Shown: one piece after another, positions 37,500 through 42,709 of the stretch
How the letters are laid out: the number at the start of each line of letters is the position of its first letter
Position numbering within the stretch: the stretch's first letter is position 1
Origin: a virus
Taxonomy: Duplodnaviria > Heunggongvirae > Uroviricota > Caudoviricetes
IMG/VR virus record: IMGVR_UViG_3300031772_000004
Span: 1-42,709 of that record
DNA: 42,709 bases
Reading direction: 5' to 3' (one strand)
The notes under the pieces: generated by a model
The model's input: the letters and a program-made list of their open reading frames with translations, nothing else
Databases searched by the model: none
What the model was told of the DNA's origin: nothing
Made by a program: the position numbers and the translations under genes

Positions 37500-37676
37500 A
37501 TGGGTAAAACATACAAAAGAAATTCAGACATTAATCATTTCGGCGGCCGAGCGATTAATACATTTAAAAAGTCGAAGAAATTCAAGAAATTGAATAAGGT
37601 AAAGAAAAAAAATAAAAAGCCGGTAGTAGATATACCGCCGGTTATAACAGAACTAGATAATTATTTTGACTCATAA
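37500..37676 (+). CDS. Small Lys-rich protein (58 aa) missing from the ORF track
   Basis: Translated by hand: MGKTYKRNSDINHFGGRAINTFKKSKKFKKLNKVKKKNKKPVVDIPPVITELDNYFDS*. It fills the gap exactly. Confidence 0.65.
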   Translation: MGKTYKRNSDINHFGGRAINTFKKSKKFKKLNKVKKKNKKPVVDIPPVITELDNYFDS

Positions 37677-37977
37677 AATTAAAATTCTATTAAGTCTTTT
37701 GTTTTCAATTATAATGACAATTATAGTTGTTATATTTCCAGCTATTCTTGGCTACATAGTTGGAATAATAGTATTTTTATTTCTCTCTATGCGAATCGTG
37801 GTGAATGAAAACACCTTATACCAAAATAAAAACAATGAAGATACAGGTAAAAATATAAATACTTTAGATCATAACCATCTTGTGATACTATCTAGGCTAA
37901 ACACAGTAGAAAAACAGATAAAGAAATTACAAGGTGATGAAAGCAAAGACAAACAACGCCTCAACCACAAAGGTTAA
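37666..37977 (+). CDS. Small membrane protein
   Basis: N-terminal hydrophobic stretch long enough for two transmembrane helices, then a coiled-coil-like tail; TTG start is uncertain. Confidence 0.6.
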   Translation: MTHKIKILLSLLFSIIMTIIVVIFPAILGYIVGIIVFLFLSMRIVVNENTLYQNKNNEDTGKNINTLDHNHLVILSRLNTVEKQIKKLQGDESKDKQRLNHKG

Positions 37978-38416
37978 GGGATTATTCGACCATATTAGCC
38001 ATATCAGGCAGGGTAAATCACCTGATTACTTCGATAAACTTACCGACGATGAAAAGAAATCATTTAATCATTATATGATTTGTCGTGTATTAAGCATGGA
38101 TAAATCTATTATTGAAGAAGTTTCTTTTATTAGCAAATATTTTAGTGTTATTGATAGTAAAAACTTTTATAAATTGTGTTGTGAAGTTGTTCCGTATAGT
38201 AAGGGATTCTTTCCTTATATAAAAAGAAAGGGAGAAAAGCTTAACAAAGAACTGCTTCAATTAATCGTCAAAAAATTCAATGTCAGTCTGAATACTGCTA
38301 CGGAATATTACTACTTATTATCCGACACCAAGCATGGCATGCATGAATTAAATGAAATTTGTAAGGGGTATGGGCATACCGAAAAAGAAATTAAGAAATT
38401 GATGGAATCCAAATGA
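37934..38416 (+). CDS. Clamp loader small subunit, T4 gp62-like
   Basis: LFDHISHI...SFNHYMICRVLSMD...FFPYIKRK pattern resembles gp62 homologs. Confidence 0.55.
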   Translation: MMKAKTNNASTTKVKGLFDHISHIRQGKSPDYFDKLTDDEKKSFNHYMICRVLSMDKSIIEEVSFISKYFSVIDSKNFYKLCCEVVPYSKGFFPYIKRKGEKLNKELLQLIVKKFNVSLNTATEYYYLLSDTKHGMHELNEICKGYGHTEKEIKKLMESK

Positions 38417-38793
38417 ATAAAAATGAAGAAATAACAATTTCTTGTGTAAACAATCTTATTGAAGAATCTTTGAAGTTAAAGACTCAAGATTATAAGGTTG
38501 ATTCTAAAATAATGTGGAATAGTTGGTCGCTATGGAAGAAATTGTTATATAGATCAATCCGTAGATTGTATTGTGCTGAATTACAAATGTGGAATTTATA
38601 TACACAAGAACTGGATAATGCTTTATATTGTGGCAATCACACAACAGAATATGTTGGCAACGCAAAAAATGCACACAGAAAATGGTGGTATCAAAACAAT
38701 CCTAAATCCATATTGTTGTGCGATATACTTATTAAACCAATTAAGCCATTGGAATATATTAAAATGGATTTTGTAATCAAAGGTAAAAAATGA
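38413..38793 (+). CDS. Hypothetical protein
   Basis: ATGA overlaps at both ends. Confidence 0.65.
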   Translation: MNKNEEITISCVNNLIEESLKLKTQDYKVDSKIMWNSWSLWKKLLYRSIRRLYCAELQMWNLYTQELDNALYCGNHTTEYVGNAKNAHRKWWYQNNPKSILLCDILIKPIKPLEYIKMDFVIKGKK

Positions 38794-39419
38794 ATAAAAC
38801 AATCATTGGCATATCAGGATTGGCTAGAGCTGGGAAGAATTTATTTGCGGATGTTGCGATTGATATTTTAAAGAAGAAAAATATAACCGCAAAGACTTTT
38901 GCTCTTGCGTATTATCTTAAAGAGGATTGCGCAGATTTCATTAAAACATATTTGGATTTAAGTGTTTATTCAGAAAAGAATGAAGAGAAAGAAATATTTA
39001 GACCTCTTTTAGTTTGGTATGGCGATGTTAAGAGAAAACAAACGAAAGGCAGATATTGGATTGAAGCGTTACAAAAGGATTTAGAGGCTTCTAAAGCTTC
39101 TGTGAATATAATAACTGATATTCGTTATACGACATATGAGCGGGATGAATGTTATTGGTTGCAAAAAGAATTGGGTGGGAAGCTAGTGCATATTGCTAAA
39201 TATAATATAGATTCGGGCGGTAACAAAATCTTTGATTTACCGCCGAATGAGCATGAAGAATTTAATGACCCTATATTACAGAAGTCTGGTGATATTAAAA
39301 TAGAGTGGGAAGCTATCGGTTATAAATGTAATAATAGCTATATCTGTATGTTGAATGATTCAACCATAAAAGCTGCTGTAAATGATTCTTTGCTTAAATG
39401 TGGCATTGAAGGGTTATAA
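38790..39419 (+). CDS. Deoxynucleoside monophosphate kinase (T4 gp1-like)
   Basis: IIGISGLARAGKN P-loop, FRPLLVWYG, YWI and IITDIRY. Confidence 0.8.
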   Translation: MNKTIIGISGLARAGKNLFADVAIDILKKKNITAKTFALAYYLKEDCADFIKTYLDLSVYSEKNEEKEIFRPLLVWYGDVKRKQTKGRYWIEALQKDLEASKASVNIITDIRYTTYERDECYWLQKELGGKLVHIAKYNIDSGGNKIFDLPPNEHEEFNDPILQKSGDIKIEWEAIGYKCNNSYICMLNDSTIKAAVNDSLLKCGIEGL

Positions 39420-39449
39420 AATTATTATTTTAAATAAAGGAATTATAAT

Positions 39450-39725
39450 ATGAAAACAACCTATTTAGATTACTTAAATAAGCCAAATGGCAATCCAATT
39501 ACCGAAATTGGCCAGCTATGCCGTAAGTGTAATACACCTGTCATAGAACAGGTGCATAAGCCAAATTGGAAGCCTAAGCCAAACCAATCATACTACTTTA
39601 CAAAGTGGTTATATTGTAGTGGCTGCAAAACTGTTTATTATTTAGATAAATTTAGAGTATTTACTGATAGTAAACATGGTGATGCAGCGATTGAACGGCT
39701 TGAAATGATTGGCCATAAAGGTTAA
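39450..39725 (+). CDS. Small zinc-ribbon protein
   Basis: CRKC...CSGC pair; AAGGA Shine-Dalgarno. Confidence 0.7.
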   Translation: MKTTYLDYLNKPNGNPITEIGQLCRKCNTPVIEQVHKPNWKPKPNQSYYFTKWLYCSGCKTVYYLDKFRVFTDSKHGDAAIERLEMIGHKG

Positions 39726-39735
39726 AAGGAATAAT

Positions 39736-40032
39736 ATGAAAATACGCACAGGATTTGTAAGCAATAGTAGTAGCTGTAGTTTTGTCATTAACAAGGATTG
39801 TATTACGGGTATGCAGCGTGATAAAATTTATGATTATTACAATTTTGGTGTAGTCATTGGTCATATTATTCCAGATGATATTAGGCCTGAGTGGGAATCT
39901 TCATATCGTAATTGGAGTATTCATGAAACTCCTGGCGCTATTAAAGGATTCTCTGTCATTGATAATTTTGATATGCCATCCTATTTAGATAAGATTGGTA
40001 TTAATCGAAAAAATATTAAATTTGATGAATAA
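39736..40032 (+). CDS. MKIRTGFVSNSSS-motif family hypothetical protein
   Basis: AAAGGA SD before ATG 39736; N-terminus MKIRTGFVSNSSSCSFVI. Confidence 0.75.
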   Translation: MKIRTGFVSNSSSCSFVINKDCITGMQRDKIYDYYNFGVVIGHIIPDDIRPEWESSYRNWSIHETPGAIKGFSVIDNFDMPSYLDKIGINRKNIKFDE

Positions 40033-40732
40033 TCTTTATATACAAAAGGCATCGAATAGTGAAGCTAAAGATTTAATTGTTAAAAACCACTACACGCATA
40101 AGTGGACTATCGCTGAACTTTGCCTTGGATTATATAAAAAGGAGTTTGTTGAAGGATTCTTTGATACCGATAAGTTATTAGGAGTAATTATTTTTGGTCC
40201 CACGGCCGGCGCAAATGTCGCAAAAAGCATTTCGCCCCTGTTAAATGCTAGCAATACATGGGAATTAAAACGACTTTGGGTTGATGATTGTCTTGGCAAA
40301 AATACGGAGTCATGGTTTATAAGTCAAGCTATTGATTACATTAAAAATTTTCATTCAAACATAAAGTGCATCATAAGTTATGCTGACCCAGACGCTGGAC
40401 ACATAGGTACAATATATGCCGCTGCTAATTTCATTTATCAGAATATAGAACGGCCAAAAGGCACAAGTGGTTATGTAGTTAGTTTTGATGGTGGCAAAAA
40501 GTGGGTACATGGTCGAACATTATTTAATAAGTATGGGTCATTTGAATTTAATAAACTTGTGGCAGTATTACCGCGGCCATTCTGGATAAAAGAATTATCA
40601 GTAAAAGAAAGATATGTTTATCCTCTTGGAAATAAGATAGAACGCAAGGAATTATTAAAGAGCATGAATTATAAATCCTTGCGGTATCCAAAAAAGAAAT
40701 TAGATAAGGAAAAAATAACTGAATATGTCTAA
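40025..40732 (+). CDS. Mom-like GNAT-fold acetyltransferase, copy 3
   Basis: NHYTHKW...ELKRLW...KNTESWF...IISYADPDAGHIGTIYAAANFIYQ; start re-called to ATG 40025. Confidence 0.75.
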   Translation: MNNLYIQKASNSEAKDLIVKNHYTHKWTIAELCLGLYKKEFVEGFFDTDKLLGVIIFGPTAGANVAKSISPLLNASNTWELKRLWVDDCLGKNTESWFISQAIDYIKNFHSNIKCIISYADPDAGHIGTIYAAANFIYQNIERPKGTSGYVVSFDGGKKWVHGRTLFNKYGSFEFNKLVAVLPRPFWIKELSVKERYVYPLGNKIERKELLKSMNYKSLRYPKKKLDKEKITEYV

Positions 40733-41468
40733 TTTCTTTGATTTTACTAATAATGATAATTCTCCCGTGGTATTAGAATCATGTAATTCTTCTATAAAAA
40801 ATAAACTTTTCAAAGATACCATAGACACTTATCATAGTTATGTAAAATTCAAATCCATACCATCCCGCCGATTAAGCTATCTTGTCTATGAATCCAAGAG
40901 TGGAAATTTGATTGGAGCAGTAGGAATTAGCAGTGCGGTTATAGCTGTAGCCTGTATAGACAAATATATCGGCTGGGATTCTAAAACAAAAATGCGAAAC
41001 TTGAATAAAGTCGCCAATAACTCTCGATTCTGTCTTATTCAGTCAAATATAACCATAAAGAATACAGGCAGTATGGCATTAAAACAATTAAGAATCATTG
41101 GAGCTAAGGATTGGAAAGCTCGTTATGGTGATGAATTGATTTTATTGGAAACATTTGTTCAGCCCGAAAGAGACTTAGCATATAACACACAAATGACTCG
41201 AAATGGTTCGGTATACCTTTCCGACAATTGGATTGAGATTGGTATGACAAGCGGCAGTTCCATACAGAAATCTCCACTTAAATTGTGGGCAAAAGAAGAT
41301 GGAGAACGTGGGCGGTTAGCGAGAGAAGATAAAGCGGAATGTTTGAAGCGTTATGCTCAATATATGGATGGGCATAATAATAGTGGTTACAAAGTCACAA
41401 AGAGTAAGAAGAAGATTGTTTTTATTAAACCATTGGTATACAATTGGAAGATTAAGTTGACAACTTAA
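40725..41468 (+). CDS. DUF4338 / DruA-like protein, short form
   Basis: YHSYV...RRLSYLV...IDKYIGW...VANNSRFCL...DWKARYGDELILLETFV...GSVYLSDNWIEIGMTSG; overlaps copy 3 by 8 nt. Confidence 0.7.
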   Translation: MSNFFDFTNNDNSPVVLESCNSSIKNKLFKDTIDTYHSYVKFKSIPSRRLSYLVYESKSGNLIGAVGISSAVIAVACIDKYIGWDSKTKMRNLNKVANNSRFCLIQSNITIKNTGSMALKQLRIIGAKDWKARYGDELILLETFVQPERDLAYNTQMTRNGSVYLSDNWIEIGMTSGSSIQKSPLKLWAKEDGERGRLAREDKAECLKRYAQYMDGHNNSGYKVTKSKKKIVFIKPLVYNWKIKLTT

Positions 41469-41746
41469 TATGTTTTTATTAAAACGCCTTCGTTATAGAA
41501 GGAGATGGAAGACTCTTTGATTTTATTTTTTATGTGTGGCATATAATTTGGCAAATTATCGGTTACTATTCTAACATATGTATTATTTGCATTTGTTCTT
41601 GCGCTTTCTTTTACTGCTGCTCCTTTACAGCCACACAATGTTTTATAATTTTCTACTAATTCAATGAAATTTGAAAATGGAGAAATTGATTCAAGGTTGG
41701 AATTTCTTATAAGACTACTAAACTCTGTAAAATTGTTAATGTTCAT
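41465..41746 (-). CDS. Hypothetical protein
   Basis: Last gene of the minus-strand block; stop overlaps that of the convergent + gene. Confidence 0.65.
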   Translation of the reverse strand: MNINNFTEFSSLIRNSNLESISPFSNFIELVENYKTLCGCKGAAVKESARTNANNTYVRIVTDNLPNYMPHIKNKIKESSISFYNEGVLIKTY

Positions 41747-42077
41747 CTTTTAGTGTTTTCAATAAATAGTAAACAACTAAAGAGCTTATACAAACAATTG
41801 GAATATTAATAAAACAGCTAAATATTATACAAAATATTATAGATAACCACACAGATAAACAGACTGGGCACATTATTAGTCGAACAAAGAAGCAATCGTG
41901 GTATCTTTTTATAAAATGATGATAAGTCAATTCAAAGTTCTTTTTATATGCTTCATCAAATAGGTCTATTTTAAATAATTTTGATAGATGAAATAGACGG
42001 CAATATTCAACAAAAGCGTCGGTATCAAACCATATAATTAGAAGTAGGGTTATTAAAAATATTAGGGTTATAATCAT
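41736..42077 (-). CDS. Small membrane protein, DUF1360-like
   Basis: Hydrophobic N- and C-terminal segments with LIMCPVCLSVW (CPxCxSxW). Confidence 0.55.
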   Translation of the reverse strand: MIITLIFLITLLLIIWFDTDAFVEYCRLFHLSKLFKIDLFDEAYKKNFELTYHHFIKRYHDCFFVRLIMCPVCLSVWLSIIFCIIFSCFINIPIVCISSLVVYYLLKTLKDEH

Positions 42078-42709
42078 AATAATTGTGAAGTAAAATAAAT
42101 GTCATCCAATGTTATTAATTTCTTTTCGTAACTTTCCAACGAACCGATATAGAATTTAAATATATCATATTCCATATCTCCGATTACAGCGGATTCTGAT
42201 AGAATATCAGGTAACATTTCAGTTATGATAAGAAATCTGTCTTGAGTTAAATTTTTCGCGTCAAAATCAATTAATACATAATTTTGTTTATCATTATCAT
42301 ATGGTCTGATTTTGTTAGATAAATCGAATTTAGTATTTGGTTGGGTTTGGTTTATGTAATTATCATAATCACAATCAACATATAAAGTTGAGAACCATGG
42401 CTCTAAATATTGTAATACATTTTCATTGCAATTTTTGACAATTACACCCACATCATATTTTTTCTTTACAATTGGATGTAAATATTCATCGTGCTTTACT
42501 CCAGACCCCCATTTTCTTATAAATTCCAATGTAGAATTATGCATTAAAATTTGCCAATCTTTTGATTTTTGTGAGTGATCTTTTGTCAAAACACCATGTT
42601 CAAACTGTCCACCTCTGCAAGTTAAGTGATAAACAAATGATTCCCAAGATTGGATTAAAGTATAACCATTTAATATCATTCGGTTAAATACATCGCTATC
42701 TTCTCTTGC
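42074..42709 (-). CDS. Glycosyltransferase family 2 protein, C-terminal part (runs off the window)
   Basis: The frame is open to the window end and reads AREDSDVFNRMILNGY...FVYHL, i.e. the GT-A EDxD catalytic motif and a downstream His. Confidence 0.65.
   Translation of the reverse strand, partial: AREDSDVFNRMILNGYTLIQSWESFVYHLTCRGGQFEHGVLTKDHSQKSKDWQILMHNSTLEFIRKWGSGVKHDEYLHPIVKKKYDVGVIVKNCNENVLQYLEPWFSTLYVDCDYDNYINQTQPNTKFDLSNKIRPYDNDKQNYVLIDFDAKNLTQDRFLIITEMLPDILSESAVIGDMEYDIFKFYIGSLESYEKKLITLDDIYFTSQLL

Noticed and set aside
37363-37593. 76-aa ORF in the track
   Set aside because: It overlaps ORF 37215 and runs through the hairpin; the 58-aa frame at 37500-37676 fits the gap better.
37666-37977. 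Holin call for the two-TM protein
   Set aside because: No endolysin or spanin is adjacent and the context is replication genes; kept as a generic membrane protein.
267-39864. Numerous 60-155 aa ORFs antisense to, or nested in, long genes (e.g. 1304-1720, 4326-4763, 6357-6824, 19121-19546, 20657-21193, 33871-34173)
   Set aside because: They are shadows of well-supported genes on the other strand or frame, with no recognisable motifs, SDs or promoters.
34640-41468. Druantia defence island
   Set aside because: Only DruA-like domains are present; no DruE helicase or DruB-D was recognised, and the context is phage replication genes.
1-42709. Stop-codon reassignment (seen in some large phages)
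   Set aside because: Core genes are full length under the standard code, and TAA, TGA and TAG all occur as terminal stops.
1-42709. tRNA, rRNA, CRISPR array, introns/inteins, integrase or transposase
   Set aside because: No cloverleaf-like sequence, spaced repeat array or mobile-element motif was seen. RecA, helicase, NrdJ and the polymerase look uninterrupted. A tRNAscan/Infernal run would be needed to exclude small RNAs.

Overview
AT-rich, densely coding fragment of a large tailed dsDNA phage genome (myovirus-like, T4-style core genes). No host genes, rRNA, tRNA or CRISPR array were recognised, and the standard genetic code fits. Layout: 1-3.2 kb holds a nucleotidyltransferase, a Mom-like GNAT and hypotheticals. 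3.3-12.4 kb is a tail/baseplate module (gp26-like chaperone, tape measure, tube-initiator-like, LysM wedge, hub). 12.4-28 kb is replication, recombination and nucleotide metabolism (compact family-A polymerase, gp32-like SSB, RecA/UvsX, 5'-3' exonuclease, gp41/DnaB helicase, class II RNR, ThyX), interleaved with hypotheticals and two moron-like inserts. 28-41.5 kb carries a MoxR AAA+/vWA pair, a gp62-like clamp-loader subunit, dNMP kinase, a QueC-like enzyme and further Mom/DUF4338 proteins. A convergent minus-strand block ends in a truncated GT2 glycosyltransferase. The best leads are: (1) five Mom/DUF4338-type GNAT-fold paralogs placed next to ThyX, QueC-like and dNMP-kinase genes, several with short 'FF' motifs, as a candidate DNA base-modification or anti-defence system; (2) an unannotated reading frame reachable only by a +1/-2 shift at a T7 run between the gp26-like gene and the tape measure gene; (3) a shared 'LKxLIxE' leader on unrelated ORFs that may be a capsid-targeting/protease signal and co-occurs with a candidate late-promoter motif. 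All family calls come from motif recognition by eye; no database search was run.
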